Shown piece after piece: positions 25,757 through 34,505 of a stretch of 64,000 bases of DNA; position 1 is the first letter of the stretch, and each line of letters begins with the position of its first letter. Below the pieces are notes generated by a model. The model was not told where the DNA came from. It saw nothing but the letters and a program-made list of their open reading frames with translations, and ran no database searches. Origin of the DNA: an uncultured Erysipelotrichaceae bacterium (GTDB lineage: Bacteria > Bacillota_I > Bacilli_A > RFN20 > CAG-826); assembly GCA_902798595.1 (NCBI GenBank), contig CADBXE010000003.1, forward strand, positions 10,792-74,791, in the 5' to 3' direction. Position numbers and translations under genes: made by a program.

Positions 25757-27247
25757 ATGAATAACATTCCTCAAATTAAAGTGGGTATTGTGGCAGTATC
25801 TAGAGACTGCTTCCCAATTGAATTATCGATTAAAAGAAGAAAAGCACTCGTAGAAGCTTATCAAAAGAAATATAACAAAGACGACATTTATGAATGTCCT
25901 ATTTGCATCTTTGAAAGTGAAATCGACATGGTTAAATCTTTAGAGGATGTGAAAGCTCATGGTTGTAACGCCTTGTGTGTCTTCTTAGGTAACTTTGGTC
26001 CAGAGATTAGTGAAACATTGTTAGCCAAGCATTTTGATGGTCCTAAGATGTTCATCGCCGCGGAAGAAGAAAACATTGGTGTTCTTTCTAGCGATAGAGG
26101 TGATGCTTATTGTGGTTTATTAAATGCTTCCTATAACTTAAAACTTAGAAACATTAATGCCTATATTCCTGAATCACCAGTGGGGGACGCTGATGACTTA
26201 GCGGACCGTATTCATGACTTCTTACCAATCGCTAGAACAATTGTTGGCTTAAATAACTTAAAAATAATTACCTTTGGTCCTAGACCACAAAACTTCCTCG
26301 CGTGTAACGCGCCCATCAAGCAACTCTATAACATCAATGTGGAGATTGAGGAGAATAGTGAACTTGATCTTTTTGAGTCATTTAAGAAACACGAAAACGA
26401 TGAAAGAATCCCTTCTGTCGTTGAAGATATGGCTAAAGACTTAGGCGCGGGTAATAAGATTCCTTCTATCTTACCTAAGTTAGCCCAATATGAATTAACT
26501 TTATTAGACTGGGTAGAAAAACATAGAGGCTATAGAAAGTATGTCGCTATCGCGGGTAAGTGCTGGCCAGCTTTCCAAACTATGTTTGGTTTTGTCCCGT
26601 GCTATGTTAATTCCAGATTAACCATGAGAGGTATTCCGGTTTCATGTGAAGTTGATATCTATGGCGCATTATCTGAATATATTGGTACATGTGTGAGTCA
26701 ATCACCAGTTACTTTATTAGATATCAATAACACCTTACCGAAAGAGCTATATAAGCAAGATATCGAAGGTAAATATAACTACGCATTTAGAGATACATTT
26801 ATGGGTTTCCACTGCGGAAACACATGCACGTCCCTCTTATGTAAGCCAGAAATGAAATATCAAAAGATTATGGCTAGAGCCCTTCCTAAGGAAGTCACTA
26901 ATGGTACTTTAGAAGGCGATATTAAACCAGGAGACATTACATTTTATAGATTACAATCTACATCAGATAACCACTTATTAGCGTACGTTGCGGAAGGTGA
27001 AGTCTTACCAGTTCCAACCCATTCATTTGGTTCCATTGGCGTTTTCGCTATTAAAGAAATGAACAGATTCTATAGACATGTACTTATTGAAAACGGTTTC
27101 CCACATCATGGAGCGGTGGTGTTTGGACATTATGGCAAAACCATCTTTGAGGTCTTTAAGTATTTAAACGCTGAAAAGATTGGCTATAACCAACCAAAGA
27201 ATCTCCCATATCCAACAGAAAACCCATTCGAAAATAACCAATTCTAA
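25757..27247 (+). CDS. L-fucose/L-arabinose isomerase-family protein
   Basis: 496-aa soluble protein. Its size and N-terminal pattern (KVGIVAVSRDCFP..., ..FLGNFGPE..) resemble FucI/AraA-like sugar isomerases. The assignment is tentative. Confidence 0.45.
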   Translation: MNNIPQIKVGIVAVSRDCFPIELSIKRRKALVEAYQKKYNKDDIYECPICIFESEIDMVKSLEDVKAHGCNALCVFLGNFGPEISETLLAKHFDGPKMFIAAEEENIGVLSSDRGDAYCGLLNASYNLKLRNINAYIPESPVGDADDLADRIHDFLPIARTIVGLNNLKIITFGPRPQNFLACNAPIKQLYNINVEIEENSELDLFESFKKHENDERIPSVVEDMAKDLGAGNKIPSILPKLAQYELTLLDWVEKHRGYRKYVAIAGKCWPAFQTMFGFVPCYVNSRLTMRGIPVSCEVDIYGALSEYIGTCVSQSPVTLLDINNTLPKELYKQDIEGKYNYAFRDTFMGFHCGNTCTSLLCKPEMKYQKIMARALPKEVTNGTLEGDIKPGDITFYRLQSTSDNHLLAYVAEGEVLPVPTHSFGSIGVFAIKEMNRFYRHVLIENGFPHHGAVVFGHYGKTIFEVFKYLNAEKIGYNQPKNLPYPTENPFENNQF

Positions 27248-27286
27248 TTTATTTTTTATATCATACTTGATATAATAATATTGGCC

Positions 27287-27338
27287 AAGACGAAAACAAG
27301 AAGATAATCTAAACAATCGTTTTCGTCTTTTCTTTTTG
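27287..27338 (+). terminator. Terminator-like hairpin
   Basis: AAGACGAAAAC ... GTTTTCGTCTT, an 11-bp stem with a 21-nt loop, followed by a T-rich tract. Confidence 0.55.
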
Positions 27339-27388
27339 TCACGATATAAATGAGTTGTGTGTACACGAGAGGTAGGTATATAATATGT

Positions 27389-27677
27389 ATGATTAAAAGC
27401 TTTGCTGATAAAGAAACTGAAAAAAGTATTTAATCAGGAATTCTCTAGGAAACTACCTGAGAATATCCAAAAAGTCGCATTAAGAAAGCTAATGATGATC
27501 AATGCTGCTGAATGTCTAACTGATTTGAAAATTCCCCCAGCGAATCGATTAGAAATGCTGCTCGGAGACCGCTTTGGTCAGTGGAGCATCAGAATCAATG
27601 ATCAGTGGAGAATCGTGCTTATTCCAGTAAGCAACGGAGCGAACTATGAATGTGTAGAGATAGTGGACTATCATTAA
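27389..27677 (+). pseudogene. higB: higB (RelE/ParE-superfamily, plasmid-maintenance-killer type toxin), frameshifted in an A6 run
   Basis: The ATG at 27389 gives MIKSFADKETEKSI* (stop at 27431-27433). The rest of the toxin (VFNQEFSRKLP...PPANRLEMLLGDRFGQWSIRINDQWRIV...VEIVDYH) is in the frame of the 27402 track ORF. Deleting one A from the run at 27420-27425 joins them into a canonical ~95-aa HigB. Confidence 0.7.
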
Positions 27678-27689
27678 GGAGACAGAATT

Positions 27690-27986
27690 ATGAATCGTAT
27701 TGAAACACCAAATATTAGTGAAATTCTTCGTGAAGAATTCATGATTCCTTATCATCTATCAGCATATCGTCTCGCTAAAGAAATCAACGTCCCTATTTCT
27801 CGTATTCAGGATCTGCTTCATGATAGACGTAAGATTACTGCCGAAACATCTATTAAACTGGGCAAGTTTTTTGGCGTAAGTGAAAAATACTTTCTAAACT
27901 TACAAAATGATATTGATATTAGAGAAGCGAAGAAACTCTTTTCTAACAGTGTAAAGAAAATAATGCCTCTTATCAAAAATATATAG
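27690..27986 (+). CDS. higA: HigA-family antitoxin (XRE-type HTH)
   Basis: 98-aa ORF, 12 nt downstream of higB. ILREEFMIPYHLSAYRLAKEINVPISRIQDLLHDRRKITAETSIKLGKFFG is the typical HigA HTH. Confidence 0.85.
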   Translation: MNRIETPNISEILREEFMIPYHLSAYRLAKEINVPISRIQDLLHDRRKITAETSIKLGKFFGVSEKYFLNLQNDIDIREAKKLFSNSVKKIMPLIKNI

Positions 27987-28009
27987 ATATATTGGGGTAA
28001 TTTACTATA
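27975..28009 (+). repeat. Copy 1 of a duplicated promoter-like element
   Basis: AAAAATATATAGATATAT + 6 nt + AATTTACTATA. The second copy is at 28945-28980. Contains a TATAAT at 28006-28011. Confidence 0.6.
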
Positions 28010-28086
28010 ATTTCATTAGTGGTTTTTTGATTGTTGTTTTCAATATTTAACAGAAAACCCATTTAAAGAATAGAAGGTATTACACC

Positions 28087-28932
28087 ATGAAAAAAGAATT
28101 TCCATTACTTGCTGTTATAGCAACTTTGCTCATGACCAGTTGTCAAAATGGTCGCAATCAATTTAAGGATCACTTTAAGGAATATTCTTTTAAAGGCCCT
28201 ATCAGTGATAAAGACCAAACTCCCATTACTGACGGTTATCAAAAGACTAAGCTTAAAGTATCTTCTTTTGAAATTTTGGAAGAAGAATATAACCATAATG
28301 GCTATACCGAAACAAGCGTAGTCAGAAAAGCTAAAATTGTTATCAAAGAAGACGCCAATAAACCTGGCAATCTAATTACTGAACAAACAATCACAACTGA
28401 AAGTGATATCTCTGATAATGGAATCAGTTATAAGACCTCTGTTAAACAAGAAATTAAAGAATGGTATAACGTTTATGCTGTCTATACCATGACTACAACC
28501 ACGCAAGATGGCAAAAGGACAAAAGATACAAGCAAAGCAAATACAACCTATGGCGCAACAGAATATAAAGATAGATATATAAGTAAATATTTTGTTGATT
28601 TATGGGGATACTATTATTACAAAAATGATGGGACATACGCAGTAATTAATAGTGAGAAAGACAGAAGAGTAAGCGCCTCGCAGTGGGGTACAGAAACAAA
28701 AGAATATGTTGTCTCGACTAAACGTCAAACAGTGTCTTCTATTAATAAAAAATACGAACTAACTAACTACTATTCCTATTTCGAAAGCAGGAGAAATCAA
28801 GATTATGAGACTAGTGAATGGTTTAATTCGGAAAGACTAGTTAAAAGAAGTTATAAATCAATTAACTATAAATACGAAGCTAGAGAAAAGGCATCCATTG
28901 CTTCTCTTGATGCTGCGTGGAAAAAGCAATAA
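28087..28932 (+). CDS. Hypothetical lipoprotein
   Basis: 281-aa ORF. MKKEFPLLAVIATLLMTSC is a signal peptide with a lipobox. No recognisable domain. Confidence 0.7.
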   Translation: MKKEFPLLAVIATLLMTSCQNGRNQFKDHFKEYSFKGPISDKDQTPITDGYQKTKLKVSSFEILEEEYNHNGYTETSVVRKAKIVIKEDANKPGNLITEQTITTESDISDNGISYKTSVKQEIKEWYNVYAVYTMTTTTQDGKRTKDTSKANTTYGATEYKDRYISKYFVDLWGYYYYKNDGTYAVINSEKDRRVSASQWGTETKEYVVSTKRQTVSSINKKYELTNYYSYFESRRNQDYETSEWFNSERLVKRSYKSINYKYEAREKASIASLDAAWKKQ

Positions 28933-28944
28933 TTACTCTTATTT

Positions 28945-28980
28945 AAAAATATATAGATATATCATCACGAATTTACTATA
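28945..28980 (+). repeat. Copy 2 of the duplicated promoter-like element
   Basis: AAAAATATATAGATATAT + 7 nt + AATTTACTATA, 30 nt upstream of the ATG at 29010. Confidence 0.6.
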
Positions 28981-29009
28981 GTTTTTTATGGTGAAATTGG
29001 AGGTATAAC

Positions 29010-30062
29010 ATGCCGCATTCTTCAGGTGGTGGATTTCATGGAGGAGGCTTCCATACTGGTGGTGGTTTCCACAGTGGTGGTCACTCTGGTCATAATCTAA
29101 ACATAGTTACTCATCGCATTTCTAAAACTCATTACGCTGGAGCTCATGCTTATATTTTTTATCATCACCATTTTCCGCATGTTGTCTATAGCAGCGAGAG
29201 TCCTCTTGAAAAGGATCTCACTAAATCTTGGATACACACAATTATCTTGTTTCTTGTGTGCTTAATTCCTTTTGGAATCATTTTTGGTACAGGTCTACAT
29301 TTCCCAAAAAAGTTAAACACTAATTACGACACTAGAATAATCATCGAAGATGATGCAGGTTATTTAACGGACGACCAAGAAACACTGTTAAAGAATACCT
29401 TCCTTACTTTTTATGATAAAACAGGCATCACGCCTTCATTTGCTGCTCCTGGTGGATTTACTATGATGTTTTGGCCTTCTTCTTTAGAAGACTATGCTTA
29501 CGCCGATTATTTAACAAAGTTCAAAGATGAAAAGCACTGGCTAATTGTTTATAGAGGTGGTGAAAACTATCACTTTGAATGCATTCAAGGTAACGACACC
29601 GACCATATATTAAATCTCAAAGTTAGACAAGATTTTTATAAATATTTAAATGACCACTTAGAAGATGGCGAACACATTTATACCGCTTTAACGGGGGCTT
29701 TTGATTTCATCATGCCGACAGTGATGAACCCTTGTTTTTGCCCTGAAAGTGACGCTATTGCGCCCGCTGTTCTTATTGGACTAGTAGCTATACCTGCTTT
29801 AGGTTTCGCAATTTACCAACTAGTAGCGTCATATCGCTTTAAAGATGCTGTTAAGTATCCAGATGGTTCTATTTTGAAACACTGCCCATATTGTTCCAAT
29901 CCATATTACACAAAGACAGTTAAGAAATGTCCTAAGTGTGGTGCGATACTAGAGGACGATACTCCTCAAGTAAAGCCAAAAACCAAAGAAAAAGATAGTA
30001 TTCAAGAAGACGAATACGCTATCGATCCAAAACAATTTGAAATCGATAAAGATAATTTCTAG
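29010..30062 (+). CDS. Membrane protein with Gly/His-rich N-terminus, TPM-like central domain and C-terminal zinc ribbon
   Basis: 350-aa ORF with a GGAGG RBS. N-terminus MPHSSGGGFHGGGFHTGGGFHSGGHSGHN. Two TM segments flank a domain with DDAGYLTDDQETLLKNTF..YDKTGI (TPM-phosphatase-like). The C-terminus has CPYC-x16-CPKC. Confidence 0.6.
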   Translation: MPHSSGGGFHGGGFHTGGGFHSGGHSGHNLNIVTHRISKTHYAGAHAYIFYHHHFPHVVYSSESPLEKDLTKSWIHTIILFLVCLIPFGIIFGTGLHFPKKLNTNYDTRIIIEDDAGYLTDDQETLLKNTFLTFYDKTGITPSFAAPGGFTMMFWPSSLEDYAYADYLTKFKDEKHWLIVYRGGENYHFECIQGNDTDHILNLKVRQDFYKYLNDHLEDGEHIYTALTGAFDFIMPTVMNPCFCPESDAIAPAVLIGLVAIPALGFAIYQLVASYRFKDAVKYPDGSILKHCPYCSNPYYTKTVKKCPKCGAILEDDTPQVKPKTKEKDSIQEDEYAIDPKQFEIDKDNF

Positions 30063-30104
30063 TATCTTATTTCAAATAAGTTTTTACTAATGTAAAATAC
30101 AGGC

Positions 30105-30791
30105 ATGAGAAATTTTAGAGATTTGTCTTATCTTGGCTTAAAAGAAGGAATGATATGTAGAAGTGATGTTCTATATCAACTTTCTTCTGAAGAAAAGATA
30201 TTTCTAAAGAAAGACCACAACATTAGAATCACTATCGATTTAAGAAGGAAAGAGGAACGTCATAGATTAAAAGATTCTTTTATATTTGGAACTAGACACT
30301 ATGCCCTCCCTTTAGCCGCGGGTGGTGAGATTAAAACAATTGAACTTATGGGTATGACTTTACCTGATATGAAAGCGTTTTATAAAGAGATAGTGGGACC
30401 AAGCAAAAAGAAGATTTGGACTAAAATATTTAAGTTGTTACTTAAAAATAATAACAAAGGTATCTTATATCACTGCTCATCTGGTAAAGATAGAACGGGT
30501 GTTTTAACTGCGGTTATTCTTTACGTTTTAGGCTTTGATAAAGAGACAATTTATCAAGACTACTTATTAACTAACGAAAGCCCTCTTTACTATAAAGAAC
30601 ATGTTCCTGAACAATTAAACGATGAACAAAAAGAAGCGTTTTTAGAATATTTTAAAGCGAGAAAAGAATATCTCGATATCTCTTTTAACGAAATTGACGC
30701 ACAATTCGGTTCATTAGATAACTTTTTAGTAGAAAACTGTTCTTTAAACGAAGAGAAGATTAAAAGACTAAAAGCAAAATACCTCAAATAA
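30105..30791 (+). CDS. Protein-tyrosine phosphatase (Y_phosphatase3-like)
   Basis: 228-aa ORF with the CX5R active-site loop HCSSGKDRTG. Confidence 0.8.
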   Translation: MRNFRDLSYLGLKEGMICRSDVLYQLSSEEKIFLKKDHNIRITIDLRRKEERHRLKDSFIFGTRHYALPLAAGGEIKTIELMGMTLPDMKAFYKEIVGPSKKKIWTKIFKLLLKNNNKGILYHCSSGKDRTGVLTAVILYVLGFDKETIYQDYLLTNESPLYYKEHVPEQLNDEQKEAFLEYFKARKEYLDISFNEIDAQFGSLDNFLVENCSLNEEKIKRLKAKYLK

Positions 30792-30966
30792 AAAGATTCG
30801 ATTATTCCACTTTTTTAAGAAAAATAATCATTTTTTCATATTTGTCATTTTTCTTTTTATCATATTCATTTACATGAAAAATAACGGAGAGTAAGATTGA
30901 AGTCGTGAGTGTGTGCGCGAGCACACTATTATTTGCATACACATCACGCAAAGAAAGGACATATCG

Positions 30967-33900
30967 ATGTCAATGGAAAAGAAATCTTTCATCAAGGTTG
31001 CCGCTCTTACTTTGGGCATGACACTCGTCATGACAGCGTGCAATTTCGGTCATTCTAGCGTGACCGAATCCAGTGTTTCTTCTTCTAGTGAAGCAAACAC
31101 AACATCTACTACCCAAGTTACATCATCTGAAAGTTCTATTAGTGCACCAACATCTACCTCTAGCAGCTCATCCAGTAGTGTTAGTAGTGTGAGTAGTACA
31201 TCCACTAGTAGTTCAATTATTCCAACTCTCCAAAGCATTTCTTTAAACACAGATAATGTGAAAAAAGAATATAACTATGGAGACACATTGACACTTGCCG
31301 GTTTAGTGGTTACCGCTAACTATAGCGACAACACCACACAACAAGTGACAAACTATAGTACTAACATTGCAGATGGTAGTGAACTTAAAACTGTTGGGGA
31401 AAACGATATCGTTGTTACCTACCAAAACCTCACTGCCTCATTCAAAATTACAGTTAGTAAAGTCTTAACAGGTATTGAGCTTAATACTGAAGCAGTTAAG
31501 AAATCCTATGGTTATAATGAAGCCTTAGATCTTACTGGTTTAGTGGTTACCGCTAAATACAACGATAATACTGAAGCGGTTGTTACTGATTACACAACCA
31601 ATCCAGCAAATGGTACAGTCTTAACAAATGTTGGTGAATTCACCGTTACAGTTACTTACCAAGGCAAAACCGCTACATTTGATTATGAAGTTAACAAAGT
31701 CTTAACTGGTATCCGTGTGGACGTCGAAAACGTTAAAAAGAATTACTTCTATGGTGATGCCTTAGATTTAACTGGTATGAACGTTTTTGGTCTTTATAAC
31801 GACGATACAGAAGCCACAGTCTTTGGCTACACAGTTGATCCTGCTAATGGTACAGAATTAAAAACAGTCGGTGAAAACACTGTTACTGTTACCTATGAAG
31901 GCAAAACTGATTCATTCAAAATTAACGTCGAAAGAAAGTTAGAGGGTATTGACCTTCTTAGCTTACTCAATGTTAAGACCGAATATGTTGAAGGCGAAGC
32001 TTTAGACCTTACAGGTTTACGTATTAGAGCCTATTACAATGACCAAACTAGCGAAGTTATCGAAACAGGTTACACAACAAATCCTGCTAACGGCACAATC
32101 TTAAATACAGTTGGTAAACAAATGGTCACTCTTACCTATAAAACAATGAGTGTTTATTTCTATGTGACTGTTAGAGAAGCTTTAGTGGCTGAAACAGGTA
32201 CAGAATTACTTCTCGATTTAAGTGTTGCTCCTGAATTCGAAGGTAACGTTGCTAATGTTACCGCTCGTGGTACAACTCCAAAGAGTGATTACTTTGTCAA
32301 TTTCAAATTAACAAACAACTCCAGCTCAATTGATTCAATGACAATGGTCAATTCCAAATTAAGAGTGATGCAAGGTGACACAATCGAAAATACCGAATCA
32401 TTACATGGTGTGACCGCTATTACTGTTAATGGTGGTAATGGTAACTATAAACTCTATGCTGGTTATACCGCTACTGAAATGTATGAATTCTTAGAAGCCG
32501 AAAGTAATGGTGGCGATCGTATTTTTGAAAACATTCCAAACGTCAACTACATCAAGTTAGTTGGTAAATATGATACTCACCCAGCAGATATCCTCTCCAT
32601 CGAATTCACATATACACGTGATGCTGATCATAAGCCAGTTGATGGTGCTGCTACACCAATCAGCACATTAACTGTTAACGAAGGTTGCTACATCAAAGGT
32701 GGTAAGACCTTATACATTGATGGTGATACAGCTAGTGTCGATGCTAAAACATACACCTACGCCGGTATCGTTTATGAAAATGCTCTTCTTTATGTAAATG
32801 AATACGGTGCAGGTTTATTAATCAAATTCGTTAATAATACCGCAGTGGTCGTGAGAGACACTCTTGATCCATATTCAGCCTTATCTGGTAATTACACAAA
32901 AGTGATTTCCGCTACAAAGATTCAAATGAGCATCAATGGTGTCGAAACAGCTTTCAACACCGCTGATACAAGAAAAGAAATGGATCTCGGCGAAACATTC
33001 AGAGTCAGTGCCACATGTGACGCTGTTCCAACTGAAGAAGTCCAAATCTCCTTAGTGGATGAATCAAACACAGGTGAAGTTGATCCATTTGTTGGTACAT
33101 ACACTCCTAAAGGTACTTTATATTTCATCGATGCTATTCTTGGTGAAGAAGCCAACATCGTAATCGATCCAATCGTTGTTACTTATGAAGAAGATGGATA
33201 CTACATCACATATAGCGATACCGCTGATGGTTTCTATCCAGGCTTCTCTGGTAAATTTGAAGCTTTTGAAAACAAAGGTAGACTCGTTTCCTATGCGACT
33301 GATGAATTAATGATTAAAATCGTTCCAGAAAACAAAACAATTGAATTAGGCTACTATGACTTAGAAGGCTATTCGTTCTGGTCAGAAGGTAGTGTTGGTT
33401 ACAACTTTGAATCCGCTAATAAGCCAACCGCTTCATTAGAAAATGGTGTGGTTAAAGCTCTTAACGCTGGTAACTTCTATCTTGAATTCAAGACAAGCAA
33501 TAACATCGTAGAAAAATACTACGTTAATGTTAAAACTTATGTTCCAGCCACAATCACTGTGGATACAACCCCAGTCACATTAACTGAAGGCGATACACAT
33601 CAAATCAATGCTTCCGTTAACGCTGATGCCACTGATAAGACAATCTTATTTGACTCCAGCGATAAGAAAGTTCTCACAGTTAGTGAAACAGGTTTAGTTA
33701 CCGCTGTTAAAGAAGGCACAGCTGTTGTTACTATCACAAGTAACGATGACGAAGAACAAATCGCCTTCACAGTTAATAAAGGTGCTAACAAAATCACTGT
33801 TACAACTTATACATTTGATGATGAAAACGCTGATACACATACCCTTGTGATTAAAGAAGGCGTTTCCGCTAAACTCGATGATGCTTATAACTTTACATAT

Positions 33901-34428
33901 AACAACGGTTCATACGTTTATGACGAAGATGAAAGTGTTGTGATTAGCATTAGAGTCTCCGGTTCACAAGCTTACTTATGTTTTACCGATGATGATATGG
34001 TCATCTTTGGTTATAACGGTGGCCCAGTTCTCATCTTTGACTTCTATAACGACATCATGTTGACATTTGTTTCTAGTGAACAAGTGGAAGACAATCAAGG
34101 TCAAGGCGGTGAACAAGGCCAAGGTGGTGAACAAGGCCAAGGCGGCGAACAAGAAGTCGTTGTTAACTACACATTCTATGATGATGGTGGTAACGACCAC
34201 GCATTAGCCGTCATTGAAGGCAAAGAAGCCACAATTGACGGTACATTCCATTTCACATACAACAACGGTCATTATTATTTCGATGATGATGACACATGCT
34301 ACTTTGATATCAGACATGCTGGTGCCGATTTATTCGATTACTATGGCGAAAACATGGCGTACTATCTTAACGGAATCGCTGAGTTCTACGCCGATGAAGG
34401 CACCGCTGACCTCACAGTTGTTGACTAA
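30967..34428 (+). CDS. Large surface lipoprotein with four tandem Big_3-type Ig-like repeats and a Big_2 domain
   Basis: The track ORF starts at a GTG at 30913. The ATG at 30967 (AAGGA RBS) gives MSMEKKSFIKVAALTLGMTLVMTAC (lipobox), then a Ser-rich linker, 4 x ~79-aa repeats, a Big_2-like domain (..TLTEGDTHQINASV..VTAVKEGTAVVTITS) and a Gly/Gln/Glu tandem repeat. Confidence 0.8.
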   Translation: MSMEKKSFIKVAALTLGMTLVMTACNFGHSSVTESSVSSSSEANTTSTTQVTSSESSISAPTSTSSSSSSSVSSVSSTSTSSSIIPTLQSISLNTDNVKKEYNYGDTLTLAGLVVTANYSDNTTQQVTNYSTNIADGSELKTVGENDIVVTYQNLTASFKITVSKVLTGIELNTEAVKKSYGYNEALDLTGLVVTAKYNDNTEAVVTDYTTNPANGTVLTNVGEFTVTVTYQGKTATFDYEVNKVLTGIRVDVENVKKNYFYGDALDLTGMNVFGLYNDDTEATVFGYTVDPANGTELKTVGENTVTVTYEGKTDSFKINVERKLEGIDLLSLLNVKTEYVEGEALDLTGLRIRAYYNDQTSEVIETGYTTNPANGTILNTVGKQMVTLTYKTMSVYFYVTVREALVAETGTELLLDLSVAPEFEGNVANVTARGTTPKSDYFVNFKLTNNSSSIDSMTMVNSKLRVMQGDTIENTESLHGVTAITVNGGNGNYKLYAGYTATEMYEFLEAESNGGDRIFENIPNVNYIKLVGKYDTHPADILSIEFTYTRDADHKPVDGAATPISTLTVNEGCYIKGGKTLYIDGDTASVDAKTYTYAGIVYENALLYVNEYGAGLLIKFVNNTAVVVRDTLDPYSALSGNYTKVISATKIQMSINGVETAFNTADTRKEMDLGETFRVSATCDAVPTEEVQISLVDESNTGEVDPFVGTYTPKGTLYFIDAILGEEANIVIDPIVVTYEEDGYYITYSDTADGFYPGFSGKFEAFENKGRLVSYATDELMIKIVPENKTIELGYYDLEGYSFWSEGSVGYNFESANKPTASLENGVVKALNAGNFYLEFKTSNNIVEKYYVNVKTYVPATITVDTTPVTLTEGDTHQINASVNADATDKTILFDSSDKKVLTVSETGLVTAVKEGTAVVTITSNDDEEQIAFTVNKGANKITVTTYTFDDENADTHTLVIKEGVSAKLDDAYNFTYNNGSYVYDEDESVVISIRVSGSQAYLCFTDDDMVIFGYNGGPVLIFDFYNDIMLTFVSSEQVEDNQGQGGEQGQGGEQGQGGEQEVVVNYTFYDDGGNDHALAVIEGKEATIDGTFHFTYNNGHYYFDDDDTCYFDIRHAGADLFDYYGENMAYYLNGIAEFYADEGTADLTVVD
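31225..32178 (+). repeat. Four tandem ~237-nt coding repeats (Big_3-type Ig-like domains)
   Basis: Each repeat unit carries ..NVKK.Y.YG(D/E)ALDLTGL.V.A.Y.D.T...V..YT.NPANGT.L..VGE..VTVTY... Confidence 0.8.
34096..34149 (+). repeat. 3 x 18-nt in-frame tandem repeat (QGQGGE)3
   Basis: caaggtcaaggcggtgaa / caaggccaaggtggtgaa / caaggccaaggcggcgaa. Confidence 0.9.
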
Positions 34429-34442
34429 TAAATAATTATCAA

Positions 34443-34472
34443 TTGGAAGCCGGGCTTAGTTCCGGCCTCCAA
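34443..34472 (+). terminator. GC-rich terminator-like hairpin
   Basis: TTGGAAGCCGG-loop-CCGGCCTCCAA (11-bp stem, 1 mismatch). The T tract is weak. Confidence 0.55.
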
Positions 34473-34505
34473 TATTTAGTCATCTAATACAAATAGGAGG
34501 GAAAA

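Noticed and set aside
23349-27247. Functional coupling of the MacB-type ABC transporter with the FucI-like isomerase immediately downstream
   Set aside because: Only adjacency (an 11-nt gap) supports it. The two families have no known functional connection, and the isomerase assignment is itself tentative.
15709-30800. Treating the 15.8-30.8 kb accessory stretch (ASCH module, RiPP-like cassette, Fic, HigBA) as a defined mobile element or prophage
   Set aside because: I found no integrase, recombinase, transposase, tRNA attachment site or flanking direct repeats. An 'island' character is suggested only by gene content.
30908-30927. GC-rich hairpin (AGTGTGT-GCGCGA-GCACACT) in the leader of the 30967 lipoprotein gene, as a possible riboswitch or attenuator
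   Set aside because: The stem is short (6-7 bp), with no T-run and no alternative structure or recognisable riboswitch consensus. The evidence is too weak for a feature call.
31225-34149. CRISPR array or non-coding tandem repeats
   Set aside because: The only regular repeats (4 x ~237 nt; 3 x 18 nt) are in-frame protein-domain or linker repeats inside a lipoprotein gene. No short direct repeats separated by unique spacers were seen anywhere.
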